Shown: positions 1-10,831, numbered from the stretch's first letter. The stretch is 64,000 nucleotides of DNA from an uncultured Sphingomonadales bacterium (GCA_937898525.1 CALCBC010000066.1:31101-95100); one strand, 5' to 3'. Notes: generated by a model from the sequence alone, not told the origin. Numbers and translations are program-made.

Positions 1-336
1 GTAGGCAAGATCATCCGCAAGCTGCGGATCGACGAGCTGCCGCAGGTCTGGACGGTGCTCAAGGGCGAGATGAGCTTCGTTGGGCCGCGCCCGGAAGTGC
101 CCGCCTTCGTCGAGGATCTCGAGGACAAGCTGCCGTTCTATGCCGAGCGGCACATGGTCAAACCGGGCATCACCGGCTGGGCCCAGATCAACTATCCGTA
201 CGGCGCTTCGATCGAGGATGCCCGCCGCAAGCTCGAGTACGATCTCTACTACGCCAAGAATTACACGCCGTTCCTCGACCTGCTGATCCTGTTGCAGACG
301 CTCAGGGTCATCCTCTGGCCGGAGGGGGCGCGATGA
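1..336 (+). CDS. PEP-CTERM/XrtA system sugar transferase (TIGR03013-like priming glycosyltransferase), 5'-truncated by window edge
   Basis: Frame 1 is open from base 1: VGKIIRKLRIDELPQVWTVLKGEMSFVGPRPE...RHMVKPGITGWAQINYPY...DLYYAKN, the typical bacterial sugar transferase motifs. Lies directly upstream of prsK. Confidence 0.9.
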   Translation, partial: VGKIIRKLRIDELPQVWTVLKGEMSFVGPRPEVPAFVEDLEDKLPFYAERHMVKPGITGWAQINYPYGASIEDARRKLEYDLYYAKNYTPFLDLLILLQTLRVILWPEGAR

Positions 337-2444
337 TCGAAGCGCTGGGATCGTTCACCGTGCAGCTCAGCTACCTGCTGTGTGCCGCTTTCGCGCTGGC
401 TCTCTCGGGCTGGTCGCTGGCGAGGCGGCGCGAACGCGGCCCTGCGGTCTCTGCCGAGGCCGGAGCGCTTGCGCTGACGGCCGGCTGGGCGTTCGCCTTC
501 GCGACGCTCGGCGATTCGGCATCGGTGACCTCGGCGCTGCTGAGCCTGACGCACCTCGCCTGGCTGTGGACGCTTTACCGTCTGTTTGCGCACGACGACC
601 GCGACAAGAGCCTGGCCCCGATCCGCCCGGTCGTGTTCGCGCTCGGGTTCGTCGAGCTCATGCAGCTCGTATTGCTGGCGGTCGTGCAGCAGTATGCGGG
701 TTCGCCGGAGGCGCAGCAGGCGATTGCCGGGTTCGCCGTGATCTTCCGCCTGCTGTTCTGTATCGGCGCGCTGGTTCTGGTGCACAACCTCTATGCCGGC
801 GCCGGGGCGGATGCACGCGAGGCGCTGCGCTGGCCGGCGGCGGCGCTCGCCACGATCTGGCTCTACGACCTGAACCTGTCGACCGTCGCCTACCTCGGCC
901 AACAGCTTCCGCTCGACCTCGTCACGCTGCGCGGCGCCGCGATCTTCTTCGCCGTCGGGCTGCTGGCGATCGGCCTGCTGCGCCACGACGGCAACCTGCG
1001 ATTCCGCCCCTCGCGCTCGTTCGCGTTCCGCTCGGCCTCGCTGCTGATCATCGGCGCCTACCTCGCGATGATGGTCCTGCTCGCGCAGGGCCTCGCCTAT
1101 GCGGAGGGGAAGGTCGACTGGCTGGTCCAGGCGAGTGTCGTTGCGCTCGCGGCAGCCGTCGCGCTGACCGTGTGGCATTCGCGGTGGCTGCGCGGCTGGG
1201 TAAGGGTCACCCTGTCCAAGCACCTGTTCCAGCATCGCTACGACTACCGCGCCGAATGGCTGCGATTCACCGAGACGATGGGGCGCGCCGGCGCATCGGC
1301 GGCGCCGCTGCGCGAACGGATCGTCCAGGCGGCGGCCGACATCACCGACAGTCCAGGAGGGCTGCTGCTGACCCCGCGCGAGGAAGGCGGGCTCGGTCTC
1401 GGCGCGCGCTGGCAATGGCCCGGCGTCGAGGTTCCAGCCGAAGCCCTGGGCGCCCAGGGGCAGCGGTTCTTCGAGGATAGCCAGTTCATTGTCGATCTCG
1501 ACGATCTGCGTTCGGGACGGGTCGAAGGCATACCCGCGGCAGCCTGTCCGGACTGGGTGCGCGATGAGCCGTCGGCCCGGGCGATGGTGCCGCTGTTGCA
1601 CTACGAGCGCCTGGTGGGCGTGATCGTGCTGTCACGCCCACCGGTCGCCCGCCGCCTCGACTGGGAGGATTTCGACCTGTTGCGCGTGGTCAGCCGCCAG
1701 CTGGCGAGCTACCTCGCCGAGCAGGCGAGCCAGGACGCGCTCGGCGAGGCGCTCCGCTTCGACGAGTTCAACCGGCGCATCGCGTTCGTGATGCACGACA
1801 TCAAGAACCTCGCCAGCCAGCTCGCTCTGCTCTCGCGCAATGCCGAGAAGCATGCGGACAATCCGGAATTTCGCGCGGATATGCTGCTGACGCTGCGTAA
1901 CAGCGCGGAGAAGCTCCAGGCGCTGCTCGCGCGGCTCGGGCGCTACGGTTCGCCAGCCGGCGAAGCCCCGCAGCCCGTCGCCGTCGGTGACCTGCTCGCC
2001 AACATCGCCAGGCGCTACGCCCCGCAGCACGAGGTGATCGCCATTTCGCGCGATCCGTGCCGCGCGCTGGCCTATCGCGAGTCGCTGGAACAGGCCCTGG
2101 TCCACCTCGTGCAGAACGCAATCGAGGCGAGCCCGAAAGGTATGCCGGTATTCCTCGACCTGCGCGCCGAGGACGCGCAGGCCGTGATCGAGATCGTCGA
2201 CTCCGGCTCCGGGATGAGCCCGGAGTTCATTCGCACCCGGCTGTTCAAGCCGTTCCATTCGTCCAAGCCCGGCGGCTTCGGCATCGGCGCTTTCGAGGCA
2301 CGTGAACTCATCCGCGCGATGGGCGGACGGCTCGAAGTCGAATCGCGCGAGGGGCTCGGAACCCGGTTTCGCGTGATGCTGCCGCTCGCCGAAGCCGCAG
2401 ACATGATCCGTTCAATCCAGTCTCACAGGACCGAGGTGGCGTGA
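333..2444 (+). CDS. prsK: PEP-CTERM system histidine kinase PrsK
   Basis: N-terminal multi-TM region, GAF-like middle region, H-box FVMHDIKN, N-box HLVQNAIEAS, G boxes DSGSGM and GFGIG. Lies between the sugar transferase and a sigma54 response regulator. Confidence 0.9.
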   Translation: MIEALGSFTVQLSYLLCAAFALALSGWSLARRRERGPAVSAEAGALALTAGWAFAFATLGDSASVTSALLSLTHLAWLWTLYRLFAHDDRDKSLAPIRPVVFALGFVELMQLVLLAVVQQYAGSPEAQQAIAGFAVIFRLLFCIGALVLVHNLYAGAGADAREALRWPAAALATIWLYDLNLSTVAYLGQQLPLDLVTLRGAAIFFAVGLLAIGLLRHDGNLRFRPSRSFAFRSASLLIIGAYLAMMVLLAQGLAYAEGKVDWLVQASVVALAAAVALTVWHSRWLRGWVRVTLSKHLFQHRYDYRAEWLRFTETMGRAGASAAPLRERIVQAAADITDSPGGLLLTPREEGGLGLGARWQWPGVEVPAEALGAQGQRFFEDSQFIVDLDDLRSGRVEGIPAAACPDWVRDEPSARAMVPLLHYERLVGVIVLSRPPVARRLDWEDFDLLRVVSRQLASYLAEQASQDALGEALRFDEFNRRIAFVMHDIKNLASQLALLSRNAEKHADNPEFRADMLLTLRNSAEKLQALLARLGRYGSPAGEAPQPVAVGDLLANIARRYAPQHEVIAISRDPCRALAYRESLEQALVHLVQNAIEASPKGMPVFLDLRAEDAQAVIEIVDSGSGMSPEFIRTRLFKPFHSSKPGGFGIGAFEARELIRAMGGRLEVESREGLGTRFRVMLPLAEAADMIRSIQSHRTEVA

Positions 2445-3808
2445 TGGCCGACCCCAGACCCAAGCTGCTCATCGTCGAGGACGACGAGGGCCTCCAGGCC
2501 CAGCTCAAGTGGGCCTACGACGACTTCGAGGTGATCATCGCCGGCGACCGGGCCAGCGCGATCGCGGCGCTTCGCGCCGAAGAGCCGCCGGTCGTCACGC
2601 TTGACCTCGGCCTCCCGCCGGACCCTGACGGGACCAGCGAAGGCTTCGCCGTGCTCGACGAGATCATCGCGCTCAAGCCCGATACGAAAGTCATCGTCGC
2701 CTCTGGCCATGGCGCTCGCGAAAGCGCGCTGAAGGCGATCGAACGCGGCGCCTACGACTTCTACCAGAAGCCTGTCGACATCGAGCAGCTCGGCCTGATC
2801 GTTCGCCGGGCGCTCAACTTGCATCGCATTGAGGCCGAGAATCGGGCGCTGGCCGAGCGGGCGGGGGAGGGCAACCGCGTGCTCGGCGGGCTGATCACCG
2901 CGGCTCCCGAGATGGTTCGCGTCGCGCGCACGATCGAGCGCGTGGCCAACACCAATGTTTCGGTCATGCTGCTCGGGGCGAGTGGGACTGGCAAGGAGCT
3001 GCTCGCGCGCGGTCTGCATGTGGCAAGCGGCCGCAGCAGCGGCAGCTTCGTGGCGATCAACTGCGCGGCGATCCCCGAGAATTTGCTCGAGAGCGAACTG
3101 TTCGGGCACGAGAGGGGCGCCTTCACCGGCGCGGTCAAGACGACCGAGGGCAAGATCGAACAGGCCAGCGGCGGCACGCTGTTCCTCGACGAGGTCGGCG
3201 ACATCCCGCTGCCTCTGCAGGTCAAGCTGCTGCGGTTCCTGCAGGAACGGCAGATCGAGCGCATTGGCGGGCGCAAGGCGATCGACGTCGACACGCGGAT
3301 CGTCTGCGCGACGCACCAGGACCTCGAGGCGATGATCCGCGACGGCCGCTTCCGTGAGGACCTCTTCTATCGCCTGGCCGAAGTCGTCGTCAGGATCCCC
3401 TCGCTCGCCGAGCGGCCCGGCGACGCGACGCTGCTCGCCAAGGCGTTCCTCAAGCGTTTCGCACGCGAGGTGGGCTCGCAGGTGACTGGATTTGCCTCCG
3501 ACGCGCTTGCGGCGATCGACGCGTGGAACTGGCCGGGCAATGTGCGCGAGCTCGAGAACCGCGTGAAGCGCGCGGCGATCATGGCCGATGGCAAGCTCGT
3601 CACCGCCGCCGATCTCGATTTGCAGCTCGGCAGCGAGGATGATCCCTCGGTGCTCAACCTGAAGAGCGCGCGCGAGCAGGCCGACCGCAAGGTCATCCGC
3701 CATGCGCTGGCGCGGACCGAAGGCAACATCTCGAACACGGCCAAGATGCTCGGGATCAGCCGGCCGACCCTGTACGATCTGCTCAAGCAGTATGGTCTTC
3801 AGGCCTGA
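2441..3808 (+). CDS. prsR: PEP-CTERM-box sigma54-dependent response regulator PrsR
   Basis: Receiver domain (IVEDD, LDLGLP), AAA+ domain GASGTGKE with GAFTGA loop, C-terminal Fis-type HTH ([17 protein letters not shown]). Overlaps prsK stop. Confidence 0.92.
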   Translation: MMADPRPKLLIVEDDEGLQAQLKWAYDDFEVIIAGDRASAIAALRAEEPPVVTLDLGLPPDPDGTSEGFAVLDEIIALKPDTKVIVASGHGARESALKAIERGAYDFYQKPVDIEQLGLIVRRALNLHRIEAENRALAERAGEGNRVLGGLITAAPEMVRVARTIERVANTNVSVMLLGASGTGKELLARGLHVASGRSSGSFVAINCAAIPENLLESELFGHERGAFTGAVKTTEGKIEQASGGTLFLDEVGDIPLPLQVKLLRFLQERQIERIGGRKAIDVDTRIVCATHQDLEAMIRDGRFREDLFYRLAEVVVRIPSLAERPGDATLLAKAFLKRFAREVGSQVTGFASDALAAIDAWNWPGNVRELENRVKRAAIMADGKLVTAADLDLQLGSEDDPSVLNLKSAREQADRKVIRHALARTEGNISNTAKMLGISRPTLYDLLKQYGLQA

Positions 3809-5582
3809 CCTGCGTCTGCTGTTGGTCGCGGCGGCGACCCTCGCCCTGGGGCCACCGCTGGCGGCGGCTCCGGGGACCGACTATCTGGCCGACGCCTCCG
3901 CGGCCCTCGTCCGCGGCGACGCGATCGCCGCCGACGTTGCAGTGGACCGGGCGCTCGACGCCGGTTTCCCCCGCGAGCAGGTCGCGGCCTATGCCGGCGA
4001 GACAGAACTGCTGTTGGGAAACATCACGGCCGCGAGGGAATGGCTCGCGCCGGGCCGGTTCGCGTCGGAGAGTGCGCAGCGCGGATTTCATGCGCTGGCG
4101 CGCCTGGAGTGGCAGGAGGGGAATCTCGCGGCCGCCGCGCGGGCGTTCGATCTCGCGCTCGCCCGGCCGCCCGCGAGCGCGCGGCTTTGGGTCGATATCG
4201 GCCGTTTTCGCTATGCTGGCGGCCAGCACTGGCTCGCGGTCGAGGCTGCAGAGCGAGCGGTGGCGATCGATCCGAAGGATCCGCGCGCGCTCGAATTCCG
4301 CGGCCAGCTGCTGCGGGACGCGCAGGGTGTCCGCGCCGCGGCGGAATGGTTCGAGCGCGCGCTCGAGCAGGCGCCCGACGATCTCGGGCTGCTCGGCGAA
4401 TACGCCGCGTCGCTCGCCGAGAGCGGCCGCAATCGCGAAATGCTGAAGGTCGCGCGGCGCATGGTCACGATCGATCCGCGCCACCCGCGCGCCTATTTCC
4501 TGCAGGCGGTGCTCGCCGCGCGCGCGGGGGAGGACAACCTCGCCAGGCGGCTCCTCTGGCGCACCGAGGGGGCCTACGATGCGGTGCCCGCCGGGCAGCT
4601 GCTGAAGGGAATCCTCGAGCTGCGCACCGGCAACGCGTCGCTCGCCGTGCGGCAGTTCGACGCGCTCGCTCGCAGCCAGCCCGACAACCCGCGCGCGACG
4701 CTGCTGCTCGGCCGCGCGCTGCTGGCCGCCGGAGAGGCGGGCGAGGTGGTCGAGCGGTTCGAAGGGTTGGCCGCGCGGTCCGACGCTTCGCCGTACCTGC
4801 TGACTCTGGTCGGGCGGGCTCTCGAGCAGCTCGGGCGGCGGGAGGATGCTGCCGCCTATCTCGATCGGGCAGCCGCCAGGGGACCCGTTTCCCTCGCCGT
4901 CTTGCCGGTCGGGCCGGCTGGAGACCTGGCGCTCTGGCGCATGAGGAGCGAATCCGAAAGCGCTGGCAGCGCAGTGCCGCGGTTGCGCCGGCTGATGGCC
5001 GGGGGGCGGGCCGACGAGGCGCTGGCGTTCTCCACCCGTCTCGGGAGTCGCTATCCGGGCTCGACCGACGTGGCCCGGCTGCGCGGTGACGTCGCTCTGC
5101 TCGCGGGCGATCCGGCGAAGGCGCTGGAATTCTATTCGCAGGCGGCGTCTGTCCGCATCGACTACGCCCTGATCGAGCGCAGCGTCGTCGCGCTGAGGCA
5201 GCTCGGCAATTCCACGGCGGCGGCGCAGTTGCTCGCCGCCGAACTCGTTCGCAACCCACGGGACGGTCGTGCCGCGATCCTCCTCGGGCGGTTGCAGGCG
5301 GAGGCCGGGAATCGGGAGGCCGCCGCGGCGCTGCTCGACTATGCCGTGCGGCTTGGCGCAAGCGATCCGCTGCTGCTCGCCGACCTCGCCACTGCCGAAC
5401 TGGCGGAGAAGGCCGATTCGGCCCGAGAGGCCGCGCTTCGCGCCCACGGCCTGCAGCGCGGCAACGGCAGGGTCGCTGCAGTCCGCGCCCGGACGCTCGA
5501 GGCGAGCGAGCCTCAAGCGGCCGAGATCCTGCTGGCCAAGTCGCGGGCGCTCGCGGCCCCGCCGCCGTTGGCCGCGCGCTAG
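3792..5582 (+). CDS. Exported TPR-repeat protein, PrsT-like
   Basis: Start moved to ATG 3792 ([26 protein letters not shown], signal-peptide-like). Multiple TPR-like helical repeats. Sits at the usual PrsT position after prsR. Confidence 0.75.
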   Translation: MVFRPDLRLLLVAAATLALGPPLAAAPGTDYLADASAALVRGDAIAADVAVDRALDAGFPREQVAAYAGETELLLGNITAAREWLAPGRFASESAQRGFHALARLEWQEGNLAAAARAFDLALARPPASARLWVDIGRFRYAGGQHWLAVEAAERAVAIDPKDPRALEFRGQLLRDAQGVRAAAEWFERALEQAPDDLGLLGEYAASLAESGRNREMLKVARRMVTIDPRHPRAYFLQAVLAARAGEDNLARRLLWRTEGAYDAVPAGQLLKGILELRTGNASLAVRQFDALARSQPDNPRATLLLGRALLAAGEAGEVVERFEGLAARSDASPYLLTLVGRALEQLGRREDAAAYLDRAAARGPVSLAVLPVGPAGDLALWRMRSESESAGSAVPRLRRLMAGGRADEALAFSTRLGSRYPGSTDVARLRGDVALLAGDPAKALEFYSQAASVRIDYALIERSVVALRQLGNSTAAAQLLAAELVRNPRDGRAAILLGRLQAEAGNREAAAALLDYAVRLGASDPLLLADLATAELAEKADSAREAALRAHGLQRGNGRVAAVRARTLEASEPQAAEILLAKSRALAAPPPLAAR

Positions 5583-5623
5583 CGCCGCTGGACAGCGCGC
5601 CGGGGGGCGGGCAGGGCACGGCC

Positions 5624-6604
5624 ATGCCGATCGCGCGCATCGCCGGAGGAATCGACCCGCTGGTCCGCCTGCTGGCGCTGGCGATCGTGCTCGCCTCGGT
5701 GCTCCCGGTGACCGCCGAATACCGCCCTACGGCGCAGGCCGTCTCGAACGGGGCGATATTCCTGCTGTTCCTGCTCAACGGTATGCGTCTGCCGCGCGCG
5801 GAAGTGCTGCGGGGCATCGTCCACATGCGCTTTCTCGCTCCGCTCGCGCTCTGGAGCTTCCTTGCGATGGGTTTCGCCGGATGGGGGCTGGCGCGCGTGG
5901 GCGAGGTACTCGCGCTGCCCCAGCAGGTTGCGCTCGGGCTTCTGTTCTTGGGTATCCTGCCTTCGACCGTGCAATCGGCGACCGCCTACAGCTCGCTTGC
6001 CGGAGGAAACGTCGCGGTCTCGGTCGTGGCGGCCGCCGTGCTCAACGTGCTCGGCGTGTTTCTCAGCGCGCCGCTGTTTTCGCTGCTCGCAGGCAGCGAG
6101 GCGGCGCCGTTCGACCTTGCCGCTCTGGAGCGGATCGCGCTGATCCTGTTGCTGCCGTTCGCGATCGGACAGCTGGTGCAGGGCCGGGCCGGTCATCTCG
6201 TGCGCGATCATCGCCGGATCGCCACCTGGATGGACCGCACGGCGATCGCGATCGCGGTCTACGTCGCCTTCTCGGGAGCCGTCGAGCAGGGGCTGTGGCA
6301 ACGGGTCGGCCTGGGAGACTGGGGCGTCCTGCTGGCGCTCGTCGGCGTCTTTCTCGTGGTCGGATTCGTCGGAGCCTGGTTGCTCGGTGGCCTGCTCGAG
6401 CTCCGGCGCGACGATCGCATCGCGTTCCTGTTCGCTGGAGCTCAGAAGAGCATCGCGCTCGGGGCGCCGCTGGCAAGCGTCCTTTTCCCGCCAGCCGTGG
6501 CCGGGCTGCTGCTGTTGCCCGTGCTGACCTATCACCTGCTCCAGCTTGTGATCTCGGCCCCGCTGGCCGGGCGCCTCAATCGCCCTCCGGCTGCGCCGGC
6601 TTGA
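5624..6604 (+). CDS. Bile acid:sodium symporter family transporter
   Basis: Multi-TM protein with LPSTVQSA, AGGNVA and QKSIALG motifs of the SBF/BASS family. Confidence 0.85.
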   Translation: MPIARIAGGIDPLVRLLALAIVLASVLPVTAEYRPTAQAVSNGAIFLLFLLNGMRLPRAEVLRGIVHMRFLAPLALWSFLAMGFAGWGLARVGEVLALPQQVALGLLFLGILPSTVQSATAYSSLAGGNVAVSVVAAAVLNVLGVFLSAPLFSLLAGSEAAPFDLAALERIALILLLPFAIGQLVQGRAGHLVRDHRRIATWMDRTAIAIAVYVAFSGAVEQGLWQRVGLGDWGVLLALVGVFLVVGFVGAWLLGGLLELRRDDRIAFLFAGAQKSIALGAPLASVLFPPAVAGLLLLPVLTYHLLQLVISAPLAGRLNRPPAAPA

Positions 6605-7637
6605 GGTTTGGCGCCCGCCGGTTCTGGCGCACCGACCACCAGAACGACAGGGCGATCAGCGCCGCGCCGATGAGGCCGGTAACCACTTCCGGAACGTGCG
6701 CGACTGCGCCGAAAAGCATGATCACGCCGAGCGCGATGATCGCCCAGAATGCGCCATGCTCGAGGTAGGCATACTCGGCGAGCGTGCCGCGATGGACGAG
6801 ATGAATGGTCATCGAGCGCACGAAGATCGCACCGATCGAGAGGCCGAGCGCGATCACGACCATGTTGTTCGACAGCGCAAACGCCCCGATCACGCCGTCG
6901 AAGCTGAAGCTCGCGTCAAGCACGTTGAGGTACAGAAACCCGCCGAGACCCGAGCGAACCGCGGCGCCGGCAATGCGCCGGCGCTCGTCGTGGATTTCGA
7001 GCGCGGTGTTGATCGCCTCGACCGCAATGAACGTCACGATCCCGAGAATGCCGGCAACCAGGAAGGTCAGCGCTTCGTCGGTCTCAAGCAGGTTCGAAAT
7101 TCCCCACAGGACGAGCAGCAGCAGGCCGATCTCGACCGCCTTGACCGCCGAGACCGCGGCGAGCTTGCGCTCGACCACGCCGATCCAGTGCACTTCCTTG
7201 TCAGCATCGAAAAAGAACTTGAGACCGACCATCGCCAGGAACGCGCCGCCGAACCCGGCAATACCCACGTGAGCGGACGAGACGATCCGTTCGTATTCCG
7301 CCGGGTTGGTCAGCGAGAGCCTGACGGCTTCCACTGGTCCGATGTGCGCCGCGATCGCGACGATCGCCAGCGGGAACACGATCCGCATCCCGAACACCGC
7401 GAAGGCGATGCCCCACACGAGGAAGCGCTGCTGCCAGACCTCGTCCATCTCCTTGAGTACCGAGGCGTTGACCACGGCGTTGTCGAAGCTCAGCGAAACC
7501 TCCAGCACCGAGAGCACGACGATGATCCAGATCACCTGCGCCGTGCCGGCGACCGAGCCGGTGCTCATCCATCCGTACCATAGCCCCAGCGCGAGGCAGA
7601 CGAGCGTGAACACGATCGAAAATCGGTAGTGCTGCAT
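6576..7637 (-). CDS. DUF475/TerC-related integral membrane protein
   Basis: LEVSLSFDNAVVNA and LDASFSFDGVIGAFA motifs, YLEHGAFWAI, multiple TM segments. Confidence 0.85.
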   Translation of the reverse strand: MQHYRFSIVFTLVCLALGLWYGWMSTGSVAGTAQVIWIIVVLSVLEVSLSFDNAVVNASVLKEMDEVWQQRFLVWGIAFAVFGMRIVFPLAIVAIAAHIGPVEAVRLSLTNPAEYERIVSSAHVGIAGFGGAFLAMVGLKFFFDADKEVHWIGVVERKLAAVSAVKAVEIGLLLLVLWGISNLLETDEALTFLVAGILGIVTFIAVEAINTALEIHDERRRIAGAAVRSGLGGFLYLNVLDASFSFDGVIGAFALSNNMVVIALGLSIGAIFVRSMTIHLVHRGTLAEYAYLEHGAFWAIIALGVIMLFGAVAHVPEVVTGLIGAALIALSFWWSVRQNRRAPNLKPAQPEGD

Positions 7638-7645
7638 GAGAGGGA

Positions 7646-8515
7646 TCAGTCTGCCTGGTAGGTCTGCTCGGGGCCGGGGAATGCACGGCTACGCACGTCG
7701 GCCGCATAGCGTTCCGCGGCGCCCGATATAAGCGCCGCGATGTCCTCGTATCGCTTCACGAACCGCGGCACGCGTTCGAACATGCCGAGCATGTCTTCGG
7801 TCACGAGCACCTGCCCGTCGCACTGAGCCGAAGCGCCGATGCCGATGGTTGGGCACGACACGGCGCGCGTCACCTGTTCGGCGATAGGTTCGAGCACGCC
7901 TTCGACCACGATCGCGAAAGTCCCGGCGCTGGCGAGGGTCCGGGCGTCGCGGACGATCTTGTTGGCCTCGGCTTCAGCGCGCCCCCGCGCACCATAGCCC
8001 CCGAGCACGTTGACCGCCTGCGGGGTCAGTCCGACGTGCCCCATCACCGGAATGCCACGCTGGACGAGGAACTCGACCGTCGAGGCCATGGCCTCGCCGC
8101 CCTCGAGCTTGACGGCCGCCGCGCCGCTCGCCTTGAGCAGCTGCGCAGCGCTGGCGAAGGCCTGCTCGGGCGAGGCTTCGTAGGAGCCGAACGGCATGTC
8201 GACCACGACCAGCGCGTGGTAGCTGCCGCGCACGACCGCCGCGGCGTGGTTTGCCATCATCTCGAGCGTGACGGGGACCGTCGACGGCAGCCCGTAGATG
8301 ACCTGGCCGAGCGAGTCGCCGACCAGCAGCACGTCGCAGTGGGCGTCGAGCAGTTGCGCCTGGCGGGCGGTGTAGGCCGTCAGCATGACGATCGGCTCGG
8401 CGGTGACGCCGTCGACCTTGCGCTGGCGGATCCTGGGAACGGTGAGCCGCCGCATCGGCTGGGGAGTGGGGTTCGCCCGGCTGGTCGAGGTGTCGAGCTG
8501 GAAAGTAGTGGACAT
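7646..8515 (-). CDS. panB: 3-methyl-2-oxobutanoate hydroxymethyltransferase
   Basis: [36 protein letters not shown] and TIGIGA motifs. Confidence 0.96.
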   Translation of the reverse strand: MSTTFQLDTSTSRANPTPQPMRRLTVPRIRQRKVDGVTAEPIVMLTAYTARQAQLLDAHCDVLLVGDSLGQVIYGLPSTVPVTLEMMANHAAAVVRGSYHALVVVDMPFGSYEASPEQAFASAAQLLKASGAAAVKLEGGEAMASTVEFLVQRGIPVMGHVGLTPQAVNVLGGYGARGRAEAEANKIVRDARTLASAGTFAIVVEGVLEPIAEQVTRAVSCPTIGIGASAQCDGQVLVTEDMLGMFERVPRFVKRYEDIAALISGAAERYAADVRSRAFPGPEQTYQAD

Positions 8516-8651
8516 GCGCGGCTTTTAGGCGCGTGGCCGCATTGTGCAAAGCGATGCGATCGCGCTTGTCTTGCGCGCGAATGCGGTTAGCGTCGCAACC
8601 AGTTCAGGGTTCGGGTGCGCCCGCGCGTACTTCGGGGATGAGGGGAACCGC

Positions 8652-10235
8652 ATGTTCGGTCGTGTCAAACCGCTCGACGCCATCTTGGCCACGGCGGAGA
8701 AGAAGTCGCTGAAGCGGACGCTGGGCTGGTTCCAGCTGACGCTGTTCGGGATCGGCTGTGTGATCGGCACGGGCATCTTCGTGCTTACCTCGGTCGGGGC
8801 GCAGAAGGCGGGACCGGGCCTGATGCTGGCCTTCGCGATCGCGGGGCTGGTCTGCATCGTCGCGGCCCTGTGCTACGCCGAGATCGCCGCGATGGTCCCC
8901 GTCGCCGGCAGCGCCTACACCTACAGCTACGCGACGATCGGCGAGTTCTTCGCCTGGACCGTCGGCTGGGCGCTGATCATGGAATACGCGATCGCCGCTT
9001 CGGCGGTGTCGGTCGGCTGGTCGGGGTATTTCTCCGGCACCATTCTCGGCGGATTGGGGATAGACCTGCCGGCCTGGCTCAGCGCCGGGCCGCTGGCCTT
9101 CGGCGGGGCCGAGGGCGGACTGATCAACCTGCCCGCGCTGGTGATCGCGCTCGCGGTGACCGGCCTGCTGATCATCGGCACCAGCGAAAGCGCCAAGTTC
9201 AACGCCTTCCTCGTGGCGATCAAGGTTTCCGCGCTGACGGCGTTCATCGCGATCACGCTGACGAGCGCCGCGTTCGATCCCGACAAGTTCAATCCGTTCC
9301 TGCCTGCCGGTGTGTTCGGCGGTTTCGGCACCGGCGTCGGCGCGGTCGGCGCGGCGGCGACGATGTTCTTCGCGTATGTCGGCTTCGACGCGGTCTCGAC
9401 CGCGGCGGAGGAAACCAAGAACCCGCAGCGCAACGTACCCATTGGCCTCGTCGGCTCGCTGCTGTTCTGCACGATATTCTACATTCTCGTTGCCGCGGGC
9501 GCGATCGGCACGATGGGAGGTCAGCCGATCATGGGCGCGCCTGGCGTCCCGCTCGAGGCCGGCTCGCCCGAGCTCGCGAGGCAGTGCGCGATGCCCGAGC
9601 ACGCCGAGGCGCTCGTCTGCTCGAACGAGCCGCTCGCGCACGTGCTGCGTGTCCTCGGCTTCTCGTGGCTCGGCAACGCGATCGGGATCGCCGCGATCCT
9701 CGCGCTGCCGTCGGTCATCCTGATTCTGATCTTCGGCCAGACGCGCATCTTCTTCGTGATGAGCCGCGACGGGCTGCTGCCCGAAGTCCTGAGCCGCGTG
9801 CATCCGAAGTTCCGTACGCCGCACGTCGTCACCGCGATCACCGGGACCGCGGTCGCCATTGCCGCGGCGTTCTTCCCGGTCGGGCAACTGGCCGACATTT
9901 CCAATGCGGGAACGCTCTACGCCTTCCTGATGGTCGCCGTGGCGGTGATGATGCTCCGCGTCAGGGATCCGAACCGCCCGCGCAGCTTCCGCGTGCCGGG
10001 GGTCTGGATCATCGCCCCGCTGACGATTGCGGGATGCGCGTTCCTGTTCCTCAACCTGCCGACTGCGGCGATGCTGTTCCTGCCGATCTGGACCATGATC
10101 GGGCTGGTCGTCTACTTTCTCTACAGCCGCAGCCGCAGCCATCTCGGCCGCGGAATCGTCGAGGTCGTCGACGATATCGAGGGGACGGAGCACGCCTTTC
10201 CGATCGAGACGCCGGGAAGCGGGCCCGGCGCCTGA
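8652..10235 (+). CDS. APC-family amino acid permease (cationic amino acid transporter-like)
   Basis: GIGCVIGTGIF, CYAEIAAMVPVAGSAYTYSY, FFAYVGFDAVST, SRDGLLP. Start moved to ATG 8652, which follows a GAGGGG RBS. Confidence 0.92.
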   Translation: MFGRVKPLDAILATAEKKSLKRTLGWFQLTLFGIGCVIGTGIFVLTSVGAQKAGPGLMLAFAIAGLVCIVAALCYAEIAAMVPVAGSAYTYSYATIGEFFAWTVGWALIMEYAIAASAVSVGWSGYFSGTILGGLGIDLPAWLSAGPLAFGGAEGGLINLPALVIALAVTGLLIIGTSESAKFNAFLVAIKVSALTAFIAITLTSAAFDPDKFNPFLPAGVFGGFGTGVGAVGAAATMFFAYVGFDAVSTAAEETKNPQRNVPIGLVGSLLFCTIFYILVAAGAIGTMGGQPIMGAPGVPLEAGSPELARQCAMPEHAEALVCSNEPLAHVLRVLGFSWLGNAIGIAAILALPSVILILIFGQTRIFFVMSRDGLLPEVLSRVHPKFRTPHVVTAITGTAVAIAAAFFPVGQLADISNAGTLYAFLMVAVAVMMLRVRDPNRPRSFRVPGVWIIAPLTIAGCAFLFLNLPTAAMLFLPIWTMIGLVVYFLYSRSRSHLGRGIVEVVDDIEGTEHAFPIETPGSGPGA

Positions 10236-10277
10236 CCGGTTGCGGAGGGGCCCCGCCGATCGGGGCGCCCGTCGGCT

Positions 10278-10748
10278 TCAGAGGGTGGTCTCGACGTGAT
10301 CGTCGGCGGCATCCTGCCGCACGTCGAAGCCGAGAAGCATCTTGGTCGTGTCGATGATGCCGAGGGCGGCATTCCATATCTCGGCTTCGCCGAGGTCCAT
10401 TCGGAGCATCAGCAGGTCGGGATTGTCGCGCCCGCCGGGGAACCAGGCTTCGATCGCCGGGCTCCATTCCTCGTCGAGCCGTGCGGGGTCGGTTTCCTCG
10501 CTGAGAGTGCCGGTGAAGCGGGCGAAGAGGTCGTGTCCCTTGCCGGCGAAAGTGGCGGTGGCGGGGCCGCCGGCTGCGAACGGCCCGCTACGGCTGGTGA
10601 AGAACCAGATCGCGCCGTCGGCGTGTGGATCGAGTTGCGCGGTCATCGGAACGGCTTGGTGGGGTTCGCTGTCGAGCTGGAGGAAGATGAACGGGCTGTC
10701 GGCGAGGGCAGTCCAGAATTTCTGTTTGAGTTCGCGGGGGTTGGTCAT
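10278..10748 (-). CDS. Pyridoxamine 5'-phosphate oxidase-like / general stress protein 26 family FMN-binding protein
   Basis: MTNPRELKQKFW...PMTAQLD...IWFFT...WSPAIEAWFPGG. Start moved to ATG 10748 with an AGGAG RBS. Confidence 0.8.
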   Translation of the reverse strand: MTNPRELKQKFWTALADSPFIFLQLDSEPHQAVPMTAQLDPHADGAIWFFTSRSGPFAAGGPATATFAGKGHDLFARFTGTLSEETDPARLDEEWSPAIEAWFPGGRDNPDLLMLRMDLGEAEIWNAALGIIDTTKMLLGFDVRQDAADDHVETTL

Positions 10749-10769
10749 GGGAAGCTCCTTTCCCGGGGC

Positions 10770-10795
10770 AACGTCGGGTGCTTGCCGATCGTTCC
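10770..10795 (-). promoter_or_regulatory. EcfG/SigT (general stress response ECF15) promoter
   Basis: Minus strand reads GGAAC-gatcggcaagcacccga(17 nt)-CGTT, ending 21 bp upstream of the general stress protein ATG. Matches the GGAAC-N16/17-CGTT consensus. Confidence 0.75.
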
Positions 10796-10816
10796 GTTGC
10801 ACGAGGGTGAGGAATG

Positions 10817-10831
10817 GAACATAAGGGGAAC
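10817..10831 (+). promoter_or_regulatory. Alphaproteobacterial LexA (SOS) box
   Basis: GAAC-ATAAGGG-GAAC (GAAC-N7-GAAC direct repeat), 17 bp upstream of the imuA ATG. Confidence 0.85.

Noticed and set aside
10236-10277. GC-rich hairpin between the convergent permease and stress-protein genes as an intrinsic terminator
   Set aside because: The stem is bulged and has no U-tract on either strand, so support is too weak.
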